From NCBI GenBank assembly GCA_965206645.1, contig CBDBKE010000001.1, forward strand, positions 128,001 through 192,000: a stretch of DNA of 64,000 bases, read 5' to 3'. The notes beneath the pieces were generated by a model. It was given only the letters and a program-made list of their open reading frames with translations. It did no database searches and was not told the DNA's origin. The number at the start of each line of letters is the position of its first letter. Position 1 is the first letter of the stretch. Positions 1 to 9,405 of this stretch are shown here, one piece after another. The stretch is from Terriglobia bacterium. Its GTDB lineage: Bacteria > Acidobacteriota > Terriglobia > JAJPHL01 > JAPKYU01. Made by a program: the position numbers and the translations under genes.

Positions 1-509
1 AGCATGGTCATCAAGCACACAATCATAGCCGAGAGGAACGAGGCGACAATCACGCCGGCCAACAGCAACGACTGCCCGCTCGCGCGCCCGCGTCGGAAGC
101 CCAAGAGATAAACGATGCCGGTGGTGACTAGAGCTCCCAGCAACCCGGCCAGCGGCTTGCCCCGTTGCCAGGCGGGTGCTACGACCAGGAACAGAATCAC
201 GCCCAGGGCCGCTCCGCTGGAGATTCCCAGGACGTAGGGCTCGGCCAACGGATTGCGTAGCAAGGCCTGGTAGCAGGCGCCGGCCATCGACAGCGCTGCC
301 CCCACGATCAATGCCAGCAGCACGCGCGGCACCCGGAGGTCAAACAAGATCACGCCCAGCGTGCTCTGCGGATCGCGCACCGCCTCCAGCACCTTACTAG
401 GAGTAAACGTCCCACTGGGGCCCAGCAGCAGGGCCACAAGCGTCACCACCACGGCCGTGCACAACACAGCAAGCGACGTCCAGACCACGCGACCGCGGGT
501 GAGAATCAT
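1..509 (-). CDS. FecCD/BtuC-family ABC permease (3' end runs off the window)
   Basis: Hand translation from ATG 509: MILTRGRVVW...LFDLRVPRVLLALIVGAALSMAGACYQALLRNPLAEPYVLGISSGAALG, the FecCD signature. ATGA overlap with the upstream binding-protein gene. Confidence 0.9.
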   Translation of the reverse strand, partial: MILTRGRVVWTSLAVLCTAVVVTLVALLLGPSGTFTPSKVLEAVRDPQSTLGVILFDLRVPRVLLALIVGAALSMAGACYQALLRNPLAEPYVLGISSGAALGVILFLVVAPAWQRGKPLAGLLGALVTTGIVYLLGFRRGRASGQSLLLAGVIVASFLSAMIVCLMTM

Positions 510-1402
510 GGTTTCGTCGCAAACGCCTCCGGATGCAGTGCCCGAGCAATCAACTGTTGCATCTCGACCAGCCGAGGCCCGGGGCGCTCCACGTCCCAGG
601 GCACGTAGATGATGCGCCCTTCCTGCACGGCCGGCAGCTCCCTCCAACCGGGCAGGCGGAGCAACTGCTCGCGGGTAGGCGCGAAGCCTGGGGAGCGCGG
701 CACCAGGAGGAATTCAGGATTGCTCCGCACCACTTGCTCTACCGACAGGCGCGGCCAGGGCTGGGCAGTGTCGGCAGAGATGGAAACCGCGCCGGTGCGG
801 CGCAACAGGTCGTCGAGGAAACTGCCGTGTCCCACGCTCACAATCGGGTGCAGCCAGACCAGCAGCACCACGCGCCGCGGCGGGTAGGGCCGGACGGCTG
901 CTTCGATCTCGGCAGCCTGCCGCTCCAAGCGATCGGCCAGCGCTTCGCCGCGAGCAGCTACCCCGGCAATCGCCGCCACGTCGCGGATCAGTCGAAAGAC
1001 GTCCCCCAGCCGCTCTGCGCTCACGGCGAACACCGGGATTCTCAGGCGCTCCAGCGCCGTCATGGTCTCACGACGGTTCCCTTCGCGACTGATTAGCACC
1101 AGATCTGGCTTCAGACTGACCACCATTTCTACGCTGGGGTTGATCACCCCGCCCACCTTGGGCTTGGATGTGGCTTCGGAAGGGAAGTCGCAGAAATCGG
1201 TGACGCCCACGACCCGGTCGCCCAGCCCCAGAGCAAACAGCGTCTCAGTGAGACTTGGCGCCAGCGACACGATCCGCCGCGGCTGGTCGGGAACCTCGAC
1301 CCGCCGGCCGATGTGGTCGGTGAGCACCCGCGCCACAACGCTCGGCGGCAGCATTGCCGCTGCAGCGCAGGCCACAAGGCAGACAATTGTACCCAGCACC
1401 AT
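506..1402 (-). CDS. BtuF-like cobalamin/iron-siderophore periplasmic binding protein
   Basis: PRRIVSLAPSLTETLFALG...VVGVTDFCDFP and ERPGPRL motifs; N-terminal signal-like segment. Start chosen at ATG 1402 (ORF open to 1447). Confidence 0.88.
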   Translation of the reverse strand: MVLGTIVCLVACAAAAMLPPSVVARVLTDHIGRRVEVPDQPRRIVSLAPSLTETLFALGLGDRVVGVTDFCDFPSEATSKPKVGGVINPSVEMVVSLKPDLVLISREGNRRETMTALERLRIPVFAVSAERLGDVFRLIRDVAAIAGVAARGEALADRLERQAAEIEAAVRPYPPRRVVLLVWLHPIVSVGHGSFLDDLLRRTGAVSISADTAQPWPRLSVEQVVRSNPEFLLVPRSPGFAPTREQLLRLPGWRELPAVQEGRIIYVPWDVERPGPRLVEMQQLIARALHPEAFATKP

Positions 1403-1441
1403 TAATTCAGAGCCTACAGCATACCTGCAAACCAGTGCCTG

Positions 1442-1456
1442 TGGCACGTATAATGC
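1442..1456 (+). promoter_or_regulatory. Candidate promoter upstream of aroC (TATAAT -10 inside a sigma54-like GG-N10-GC)
   Basis: TGGCACGTATAATGC at 1442-1456 contains a perfect TATAAT (1449-1454) and fits TGGCAC-N5-xTGC. Confidence 0.35.
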
Positions 1457-1463
1457 TCGTAGT

Positions 1464-1529
1464 AGGTGTCAGGTTGTAGGCGTGAAGCCCAGCCCGCATT
1501 CTTAAGTTCTCACGCCTGACACCTGACAC
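1464..1529. repeat. Intergenic inverted repeat built from 7-bp AGGTGTC/GACACCT units
   Basis: Left arm aggtgtc-aggttgt-aggcgtga; right arm tcacgcct-gacacct-gacac. Confidence 0.75.
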
Positions 1530-1539
1530 ATGTCTTCCG

Positions 1540-2712
1540 ATGCTACGCTTTTCTACTGCCGGCGAGTCGCACGGGCAGAGCCTGGTGGCCCTGGTCCAGG
1601 GGCTTCCCTCAGGCATTCCCATAGACCTGGAATTCATTAATACCGAGCTGCGCCGCCGCCAGGGCGGCTACGGGCGCGGCGGGCGCATGAAGATCGAGAC
1701 GGATAACGCCGAGATTCTGTCTGGCGTGCGCCGCGGCTCCACTATCGGCGCCCCGGTGGCCATGCTGATCCGGAACCGGGACTGGGAAAATTGGAAAGAG
1801 AGCCTGCCAGTGGAGGCGCGCGAGGTTCCCGAGTCGCAGCAACGGAAGCTGACTGCGCCGCGGCCGGGGCACGCCGACCTGGCCGGCTGCCTGAAATACA
1901 ATCTGCATGACGCGCGCTTCGTGCTGGAACGGGCCAGTGCGCGGGAAAGCGCAGCGCGGGTCGGCGCCGGCGCTCTGGCCAAGCTGTTGCTGCGTTGCTT
2001 CCACATCGAGGTCTGGAGCCACGTCATCGCTGTGGGGGGCGTTGTGTTGCGCAAGCCGGTCACTTTCGAACAGATTCGCCAGGTGGCCACGCGCCCGGAG
2101 CCGGTGCTTCGCTGCGCGGATCCAGAGACCGAAGCCGCAATGAAGGCCGAAGTGGATAAGGCCTTGCGCACCGGCGATTCGGTGGGCGGTGTCTTCGAGG
2201 TCGTCGCTTGCGGCGTTCCCCCGGGCCTGGGGACCTGCGCCAACTGGGACGAGCGGCTGGACGGCCTGCTGGCCCAGGCGCTCGTGTCGCTGCAGGCGGT
2301 GAAGGCGGTGGAGATCGGCAGCGGCGTCGAAAATGCGTTATCCTTCGGCTCCACCGTGCAGGACCCTATTGGCTACGACCCGCAGCGGCCGGGCTTCACC
2401 CGCAGGAGCAACCGGGCCGGCGGCATCGAAGGGGGCATCAGCAACGGCCAGGAGATCGTCGTGCGCGGCTACCTCAAGCCCATTTCCACCTTGCGCCGTC
2501 CGCTGGAATCGGTGGACCTGGTGACCAAAGAGTCGACGCAGGCAGCCTACGAGCGCTCGGATGTCTGCGTGGTGCCGGCTGCGGGCGTCGGCGGCGAGAC
2601 CATGGTCGCGCTGGTGCTGGCCCGCTGCTTCCTCGAGAAGTTCGGAGGTGACTCGCTCCAGGAAATCGAGCGCAACTACCAGGGCTACCTTAAGCAGTTG
2701 AAGGAGTTCTGA
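1540..2712 (+). CDS. aroC: Chorismate synthase
   Basis: TAGESHG, PRPGHAD, ERASARE and GGIEGGISNG motifs. Confidence 0.98.
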   Translation: MLRFSTAGESHGQSLVALVQGLPSGIPIDLEFINTELRRRQGGYGRGGRMKIETDNAEILSGVRRGSTIGAPVAMLIRNRDWENWKESLPVEAREVPESQQRKLTAPRPGHADLAGCLKYNLHDARFVLERASARESAARVGAGALAKLLLRCFHIEVWSHVIAVGGVVLRKPVTFEQIRQVATRPEPVLRCADPETEAAMKAEVDKALRTGDSVGGVFEVVACGVPPGLGTCANWDERLDGLLAQALVSLQAVKAVEIGSGVENALSFGSTVQDPIGYDPQRPGFTRRSNRAGGIEGGISNGQEIVVRGYLKPISTLRRPLESVDLVTKESTQAAYERSDVCVVPAAGVGGETMVALVLARCFLEKFGGDSLQEIERNYQGYLKQLKEF

Positions 2713-2733
2713 ATCACGGTTCGGAGCGATCAG

Positions 2734-3243
2734 TTGATTTACAAGATCGTGAAATACGGTGATCCCGTGCTGGAACGTGCTGCGGGTCCGGTCACCGAGT
2801 TCAACGCAGATCTGGCCAAGCTGGCCGAGGACATGTTTGAGTCCATGTACGCGGCGCACGGCGTGGGGCTGGCTGCGCCGCAGATCGGCATCGGGCGTCG
2901 CCTCGCTGTGGTGGACCTCACCTCCGGCGAAGACCGGCAGGCCAAACTGGTGCTGTGCAATCCGACGATCCTGCGCACGGAGGGCAAGCACACCCTGGAG
3001 GAGGGATGCCTGAGCCTGCCGACCTTTCGCGCCGAGCTCACCCGCCCCAAGAAGGCCGTGGTCAGGGCCCAAAACCTGAAAGGGGAATGGTTCGAGCTGA
3101 CCGGAGAAGACCTGCTGGCCCGCGCCTTGTGCCATGAAACCGACCACCTGAACGGCCGCCTCTTCATTTCGCACCTTGGTTCCCTGCGCCGCGATCTGAT
3201 CAAGCGCAAGGTGCGCAAATTAATGCGCGCGGGCGAATGGTAG
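2734..3243 (+). CDS. def: Peptide deformylase
   Basis: GVGLAAPQIG, EGCLS and HETDH motifs; next to fmt. Confidence 0.97.
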   Translation: MIYKIVKYGDPVLERAAGPVTEFNADLAKLAEDMFESMYAAHGVGLAAPQIGIGRRLAVVDLTSGEDRQAKLVLCNPTILRTEGKHTLEEGCLSLPTFRAELTRPKKAVVRAQNLKGEWFELTGEDLLARALCHETDHLNGRLFISHLGSLRRDLIKRKVRKLMRAGEW

Positions 3244-3249
3244 GAAGCC

Positions 3250-3348
3250 AGGTGTCAGGTTCCAAATTTAAGGTTTAAGCTTCCAAGACACCTGGCACCT
3301 GACAAGCTGGCACCAGACAGGCCGGCACCTGACACATAGCACCTGGCG
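3250..3348. repeat. Intergenic GGCACCTGACA short tandem array with inverted leading copy
   Basis: aggtgtcaggt at 3250-3260; near-identical units at 3294, 3309, 3324 and 3338 (period 15, 15, 14). Confidence 0.8.
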
Positions 3349-4287
3349 ATGGAACTGGTCTTCATGGGCACTCCGGAATTCGCCCTCCCCGCTTTGAAGG
3401 CGCTGCAGGGGGCAGGGCACCGCGTCCTCGCTGTCTTCACCCAGCCGGACCAGCCTGCCGGGCGGGGTGGCCGGCTGACGGCGCCTCCGGCGAAGCAGGC
3501 CGCACTGGCCCTGGCCTTACCGGTGCACCAGCCGCCCCGGATCCGGACTCCGGAAGTGTTCGACCTGCTGAAATCAATCAAGCCGGAAACCGTGGTGGTG
3601 GTCGGCTACGGAAAGATCCTTCCCCAGCACATTCTGGACTTACCACAGCGCGGTTGCATCAATCTGCATGCCTCGATATTGCCGAAGTACCGGGGAGCGG
3701 CCCCGGTGCAGTGGGCCATTATCCGCGGAGAGACCGTGTCAGGTGTCACCACCATGCGCATGGATGCCGGGCTGGACACGGGCGACATCCTGCTGGCCCG
3801 GGAGACACCCATCGAACCCGAGGAGCACGCGATTTCGCTGGGGCACCGCCTGTCGGAGATCGGCGCGTCGCTGATGTTGGAAACGCTGGAGGGACTCGAG
3901 CGCGACACTCTCACGCCGCTTCCTCAGAACCACGCGCTGGCTACCTCGGCGCCCATTCTAAAGAAGGAGGACGGGCGGATTGATTGGAGCCAGCCGGCAC
4001 GCGACATCACCAACCGTGTGCGTGGTCTGGTGCCTTGGCCGGGAGCGTTCACCACCTTCCGCGGCAGCTTGCTCCACCTGTGGCGAGCGTGCCCAGAGGT
4101 GACAACTCCTCCACACGCCTCGCTGCCGCCCGGCACGCTGCGGGTGGAGGGTAGGCACCTGCTGGCCGCTTGTGGCCAGAGCACCTGGCTGGAGCTTGAC
4201 GAGGTGCAGCGGGAGGGGCGCAAGCGTCTGCCTGCCGCCGATTTTTTGAACGGGGTGCGGATAAGCCCAGGCGAACGCCTGGGCTGA
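3349..4287 (+). CDS. fmt: Methionyl-tRNA formyltransferase
   Basis: VFMGTPEFA, INLHASILPKYRGAAP and MDAGLDTGD motifs. Confidence 0.98.
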   Translation: MELVFMGTPEFALPALKALQGAGHRVLAVFTQPDQPAGRGGRLTAPPAKQAALALALPVHQPPRIRTPEVFDLLKSIKPETVVVVGYGKILPQHILDLPQRGCINLHASILPKYRGAAPVQWAIIRGETVSGVTTMRMDAGLDTGDILLARETPIEPEEHAISLGHRLSEIGASLMLETLEGLERDTLTPLPQNHALATSAPILKKEDGRIDWSQPARDITNRVRGLVPWPGAFTTFRGSLLHLWRACPEVTTPPHASLPPGTLRVEGRHLLAACGQSTWLELDEVQREGRKRLPAADFLNGVRISPGERLG

Positions 4288-4365
4288 GACCACTGAATCA
4301 TTGACGACTGGCTGCTCTAGACAACCCCCACTCGTCAATGGATCCATCATCGCTCAATCAATTTC

Positions 4366-5664
4366 ATGCTGACCCCAGCGCGCCACGTCGCTTTCCAGAT
4401 TCTTCTTCGCGTTGAGTGCGAGCAAAGCTACGCGGCCGAGCTGCTCAACTCGTGGCGGACGGAAAAGCTCTCAGCTGCCGACCGGGGGCTGGCTCAGGAA
4501 CTCGTCATGGGCTGCCTGCGCTGGCAGGGCCAGCTCGATTGGCTGGCCGCCCATTTCTCGGGCAAAGTGCCAGATCGCTGGGACCCCGAGGTGCGCACCG
4601 CGATGCGCCTGGGCATCTACCAGTTGCGCTTCCTCGAACGGATACCGGCGTCGGCCGCAGTGGAACAAAGCGTCGAGCTGGTGAAACGCGTCCGCAAAGG
4701 CTCGGCCTCTGGGTTGGTGAATGCGGTGCTGCGGCAGGTTACCCGCGCACCGCTGGAATCGCTGTTTCCGGCCGGCATGCCGGAATCCGCAAAGCAGCAG
4801 ATCGAGCTCTCCCACCCGGGCTGGCTTCTGGAGCGTTGGGTGCGGAATTATGGGCCGCAGCGAGCCCGGGCCGTCGCGCGCGCCAATAACCACCCGCCAC
4901 CAGTGTTCATCCGGGTTCCCTCAGGCCGAAGCATCGAAGTGGGCCAGCCCTGCCGCTATGTTCGCAACTGCCGGGACGTCACGGGGGAGGTCAAGCGGGT
5001 TGCGAGTCGCTTTTCGGTGCAGGAGGAAGCTTCACAAATCATTCCGCACCTTATGGCGCCGCAAGACGGCGAACGTGTGCTGGACTTGTGCGCCGCGCCA
5101 GGCATGAAAACGGGGGCGCTGGCGGAACTGGCTCCGCAGGCAGAACTGGTAGCCTGCGACCTGCGTCCTGCGCGCCTGCGCCTAGTAAAGAAGCTTGCCG
5201 GCACCGGCCGCGGGCATGCGCCGTTGTGTGTGGCATTGGATGCCACACGCCCGTTGCCCTTTGGTGTGGCCTTCCACAGAATTCTGCTGGATGCGCCCTG
5301 CTCGGGCACCGGGACCATTCGGCGCAATCCGGAGATCAAATGGCGTCTTACGGAAAGCGACCTGAAGGTGCTGGCGGCCAAGCAACGCTTGTTGCTCGAC
5401 AACGCACTGAGCCGGCTGGCGCCGGGCGGCCGTCTCGTCTACTCCACCTGTTCGCTAGAGCCGGAAGAAAATCAGGCCGTAGTCGAGCAAGTGCTGGCAG
5501 ACCGCTCAGGTTTTTTCCTGGTGCCGGTAGAGCAGATGGCAGAGCGCGCCTCAGAGTTCCTCACCGAGACCGGGCGAGATTTGCTCCGCGGCCAGTATCT
5601 CGAAACCTTCCCCGACCAGAACCTGGACGGCTTCTTCGCCGCCGTGATCGAGCGCCGCAGATAA
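4366..5664 (+). CDS. rsmB: 16S rRNA m5C967 methyltransferase RsmB/Sun
   Basis: NusB-like N-terminus; DLCAAPG, LLDAPCSGTG and YSTCS motifs; def-fmt-rsmB order. Confidence 0.95.
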   Translation: MLTPARHVAFQILLRVECEQSYAAELLNSWRTEKLSAADRGLAQELVMGCLRWQGQLDWLAAHFSGKVPDRWDPEVRTAMRLGIYQLRFLERIPASAAVEQSVELVKRVRKGSASGLVNAVLRQVTRAPLESLFPAGMPESAKQQIELSHPGWLLERWVRNYGPQRARAVARANNHPPPVFIRVPSGRSIEVGQPCRYVRNCRDVTGEVKRVASRFSVQEEASQIIPHLMAPQDGERVLDLCAAPGMKTGALAELAPQAELVACDLRPARLRLVKKLAGTGRGHAPLCVALDATRPLPFGVAFHRILLDAPCSGTGTIRRNPEIKWRLTESDLKVLAAKQRLLLDNALSRLAPGGRLVYSTCSLEPEENQAVVEQVLADRSGFFLVPVEQMAERASEFLTETGRDLLRGQYLETFPDQNLDGFFAAVIERRR

Positions 5665-5715
5665 ACAGTAGATGAATAAGTTTGCGGACAGCGGACGGGC
5701 GACACAGAGGTGAAG

Positions 5716-5745
5716 TTGACAAACTCTTTCAGCGAACGGTAGAGT
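5716..5745 (+). promoter_or_regulatory. Candidate sigma70 promoter for dprA-topA
   Basis: TTGACA (5716-5721), 18-nt spacer, TAGAGT (5740-5745). Confidence 0.5.
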
Positions 5746-5809
5746 TACCAACCGCAGAAGACAGGAAACCGAACGAAGTGCTGCGCGTACGAAGCGGGTG
5801 GGAAGGGCT

Positions 5810-6786
5810 GTGTCTAAAAAGTCAGCAGCGGTCGTGCAATCTGACGAAGAGGCGCTCTACTGGCTGGCAAGGTAGCGCAACTGGGTTACGAATTGGTTAC
5901 CTTCCTGGACCCGCGACACCCGCCCGCCCTCAAAGAGATTTTCGAACCACCGGTGCTGTTGTACGCACGGGGCGATGTCACACTGCTGTCTCAGCTATGT
6001 CTGGCCATTGTGGGTTCGCGCAGGCCAACGCCTTACGGTAGCGCCATCGCCGAGCGGCTGGCCGCTGACCTGGCAGGGCGCGGCCTGGCGATCGCCAGCG
6101 GGATGGCCCGCGGCATTGACAGTGCGGCCCACCGGGACGCGCTGTCGGCCAACGGCAAAACGATTGCCGTGCTAGGCTGTGGCATGGACGTCTGCTATCC
6201 CAGAGAGAATAAGAAATTGAAGGCGGAAATCGAGCAAAAAGGAGTGGTGATCAGCGAATTCCCCCTGGGCACGTTTGCTGCGCCCCAGAACTTCTCCATC
6301 CGCAACCGCATCATCAGCGGCCTTTCGCTGGGAGTAATGGTGGTGGAGGCGGCGCAATACAGCGGCTCGCTCATCACTGCGCGGCTGGCCATGGAGCAGA
6401 ACCGCGAGGTGTTCGCCGTGCCGGGCAACATCACCAACAAGTACAGTTGGGGACCCAATACTCTCATTAAGCAGGGCGCCAAGTTGGTACAGGACTGGAA
6501 GGATGTCATTGAGGAGCTGCCGGCTAAGGCCCGCCAGACCCTGCTGGCCGCCCCAGTTTCTGAATCCGGGGAGGCCCCCGCCGCGTCTTTATTTACCGAG
6601 TCGCTGTCGGAGATCGAGCAGGCGCTTTACGAAGTGCTCCGCGTGGACGAGCCAGCACACATTGACGCTCTGCTCGATGCCCTGCCCCGCTTTACGTCTC
6701 CGGAGATCTTAGCGGCGCTTCTTGAATTAGAGCTGAAAGGGCGCATTCGGCAGTTGCCGGGAAAGAATTTTGTTAAGTTGTTATAG
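5810..6786 (+). pseudogene. dprA: DprA/Smf DNA-protecting protein with apparent internal deletion and frameshift near the 5' end
   Basis: Core motifs AIVGSR, SGMARGIDSAAH, RNRIISGLS, SGSLITA in ORF 5893-6786. A plausible N-terminus (GTG 5810, SKKSAAVVQSDEEALYWLAR*) lies in another frame and stops at 5875. Confidence 0.75.
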
Positions 6787-6793
6787 GAAACAG

Positions 6794-9352
6794 ATGGCGA
6801 AGAAAAAGGTCACGAAGAAAGCCAAGACGACGCGCTCGGCCAAGGCCACAAAGACAGCCAAGACAGCGCAGGCGGCTAAGGCCACAGGCGAAAGGAAAGC
6901 TGAAGAACCGCGCGTTGCCACTCGCGCCTCGGGCAGAGCGCTGGTAGTGGTGGAATCGCCCGCCAAGGCCAGGACCATCAACAAGTATCTGGGCCCCAAA
7001 TTTCTAGTGAAAGCTTCGCTGGGCCACATCAAGGACTTGCCCAAGCGGACCCTGGGCGTCAACTTGGAGAAGGACTTCGAACCGGTCTACGAGGTGATCC
7101 CGACCAAGCAAAAGGTGGTCCAGGAATTGAAACAGGCGGCCCGGCAGGCTTCGGCGATTTACCTGGCGGCCGACCCGGACCGCGAAGGGGAAGCGATCTG
7201 CGAGCACTTGGCCGAGGAACTGGGGAACCACAAGCCTGTCCACCGGGTGCTGTTTAACGAGATTACCCAAAAGGGAATCGAGCAGGCCTTCCGCAACCCC
7301 ACTCAGATTGACGAGCGCCTGGTGGCGGCGCAGCAGGCCCGCCGGATCCTGGACCGCTTGGTCGGATACCAGATCAGCCCTCTGCTCTGGGACAGGGTGC
7401 GCCGAGGACTCTCGGCCGGGCGGGTGCAGTCGGTGGCCCTGCGGCTGGTTGTGGAGCGCGAGCGTGAAATCCGCGCTTTCCAGAAAAGGGAATACTGGAC
7501 GATAGACGCGCACCTGCAAGCCAAGACCCCTCCGGTGTTCGATGCCCGGCTGGTCAAGCGGATCACCGGGGTCGGCGAAGACGGCCGGTTGCAACTTGCC
7601 GACTTGGAAATCTCCAACCAGGAACAATCGCAAGCGCTGGAGGAGTCGCTGCGCGCCGAGCCGTTTGTCGTCCACTCGGTCAGCCAGCGCGAGAAGCGTC
7701 GCCACTCGGTTCCCCCCTTCATCACCTCCAATCTGCAGCAGGAGGCGTCGCGCAAGCTGCGCTTCAGCGCCAAGCGCACCATGATGCTGGCCCAGCGTCT
7801 CTACGAAGGCATGGAGCTGGGGCCGGAGGGCAGCGTCGGGCTGATCACCTACATGCGGACGGACTCGACCCGGGTAGGGGCCGACGCGTTAGCTGAGGCG
7901 CGCGAGTTCGCGCGGACGGAGTACGGCGCCGCCTACCTGCCAGCCGAGCCGGTGGTGTACAAGAGCAAGAAGGGCGCGCAGGACGCGCACGAAGCCATTC
8001 GGGCCACTTCGGTGCTGCGCACCCCAGATCTGATCGCCAAGTTCCTCGGTGAAGATGAGCTGAAGCTCTACCGCCTGATCTGGCAGCGCTTCGTTGCCTC
8101 GCAGATGAACCCCGCAGTGTTTGACCATACCGCGATTGACGTGCGCGCTGCCGACTCCCTTTTCCGCGCCACCGGCTCGATCCTCAAGTTCGACGGCTTC
8201 CGTAGAGTTTACGAGGAAGGCAAGGACGTTAAGGACGAGGAAGACGAGGAGATGAAACACAAGCTTCCGGTGGTCAGCCAGGGAGAGGTGCTGAAGGCGC
8301 TGAAGATCACCCCGGAGCAGCACTTTACCGAGCCGCCACCACGCTACAACGAGGCCACGTTGGTTAAGGAACTGGAGGAGAAGGGCATCGGTCGGCCTTC
8401 CACCTACGCCAACATCCTCAGCACCATCCAGGACCGGGAGTACGTCGAGAAGCGGCAGAACAAGTTTTTTCCCGCCGAGGTAGGCATGGTGGTGAGCGAC
8501 CTGCTGGTGGAGCACTTCGGCGACATCTTTGATCTGCACTATACCGCGCGGATGGAAGAGGAGCTGGACGAGATCGAGGAGGGCAAGCTGGCCTGGCAGG
8601 AGGCGCTGCGCGGCTTTTACGGAAAGTTCGAAAAGGATCTGGAGTGCGCCCAGCGTGACATGAAGGACTTGAAGCGCCTGGAGCAGCCCACAGACCTGAT
8701 CTGTGAACTGTGCGGCAAGCCGATGATCATCCGCTGGGGCCGGCATGGTCGCTTCATTGCTTGCACCGGCTATCCCGAGTGCACCTCGACACGCGAGCTG
8801 GCACCGGAGTTGTCCGACCCAGAGACGGCCGAGGTTTCCGAGGCCGGGACCGACCAGCACGGTTGCTGCGGCAACTGCGGGCGTCCCATGATTCTCAAAC
8901 GCGGGCGCTTCGGCCAGTTCCTGGCTTGCACCGGCTACCCGGAGTGCAAAACCACTCGCCAGCTGGGGCAGGCGGAGAAGAAACCAGACGTACCGCTCGA
9001 GGAGAATTGCCCGCGCTGCAGCTCACAAATGGTGCTGCGGCACGGCCGCTACGGCGAGTTCACGGCGTGCAGCAAGTATCCCAACTGCAAATACGTCAAG
9101 CCGAAGACCGTAGGCGTCGCTTGCCCGAAAACCGGCTGCGGCGGTGAAGTGGTCGAGCGGCGCTCCAAACGCGGCAAGATCTTCTACGGATGCTCCCGCT
9201 ACCCCGACTGCGACTTCGTCACCTGGAACCGTCCGCTGTCCGAACGCTGCCCACAGTGCGGTTCAAACTACCTGCTAGAAAAGACCACCAAAGCGCAGGG
9301 CACGATGAAAGTCTGCCCGAACGAGGAGTGCAGTTTTAAGGAAGCTGCCTGA
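6794..9352 (+). CDS. topA: DNA topoisomerase I with C-terminal Zn-ribbon repeats
   Basis: VVESPAKA, DPDREGE, SAGRVQS, ITYMRTDS, GIGRPSTY; repeated CxxC...C..YPxC modules. ATG 6794. Confidence 0.98.
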   Translation: MAKKKVTKKAKTTRSAKATKTAKTAQAAKATGERKAEEPRVATRASGRALVVVESPAKARTINKYLGPKFLVKASLGHIKDLPKRTLGVNLEKDFEPVYEVIPTKQKVVQELKQAARQASAIYLAADPDREGEAICEHLAEELGNHKPVHRVLFNEITQKGIEQAFRNPTQIDERLVAAQQARRILDRLVGYQISPLLWDRVRRGLSAGRVQSVALRLVVEREREIRAFQKREYWTIDAHLQAKTPPVFDARLVKRITGVGEDGRLQLADLEISNQEQSQALEESLRAEPFVVHSVSQREKRRHSVPPFITSNLQQEASRKLRFSAKRTMMLAQRLYEGMELGPEGSVGLITYMRTDSTRVGADALAEAREFARTEYGAAYLPAEPVVYKSKKGAQDAHEAIRATSVLRTPDLIAKFLGEDELKLYRLIWQRFVASQMNPAVFDHTAIDVRAADSLFRATGSILKFDGFRRVYEEGKDVKDEEDEEMKHKLPVVSQGEVLKALKITPEQHFTEPPPRYNEATLVKELEEKGIGRPSTYANILSTIQDREYVEKRQNKFFPAEVGMVVSDLLVEHFGDIFDLHYTARMEEELDEIEEGKLAWQEALRGFYGKFEKDLECAQRDMKDLKRLEQPTDLICELCGKPMIIRWGRHGRFIACTGYPECTSTRELAPELSDPETAEVSEAGTDQHGCCGNCGRPMILKRGRFGQFLACTGYPECKTTRQLGQAEKKPDVPLEENCPRCSSQMVLRHGRYGEFTACSKYPNCKYVKPKTVGVACPKTGCGGEVVERRSKRGKIFYGCSRYPDCDFVTWNRPLSERCPQCGSNYLLEKTTKAQGTMKVCPNEECSFKEAA

Positions 9353-9405
9353 CGCCTAGCTTTCCCTGCCTGCCCATTGCTGGTAGGACTGCTAGAACTG
9401 CCTCG

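Noticed and set aside
1403-1540. Cobalamin riboswitch upstream of the btuF-like gene
   Set aside because: No B12-box or GGGAA/GCCACTG core seen; the space is short and occupied by the heptamer repeat.
3294-3348. Repeat-spacer pattern as a mini CRISPR array
   Set aside because: Repeats of 11 bp and spacers of 3-4 bp are far too short, and no cas genes are present.
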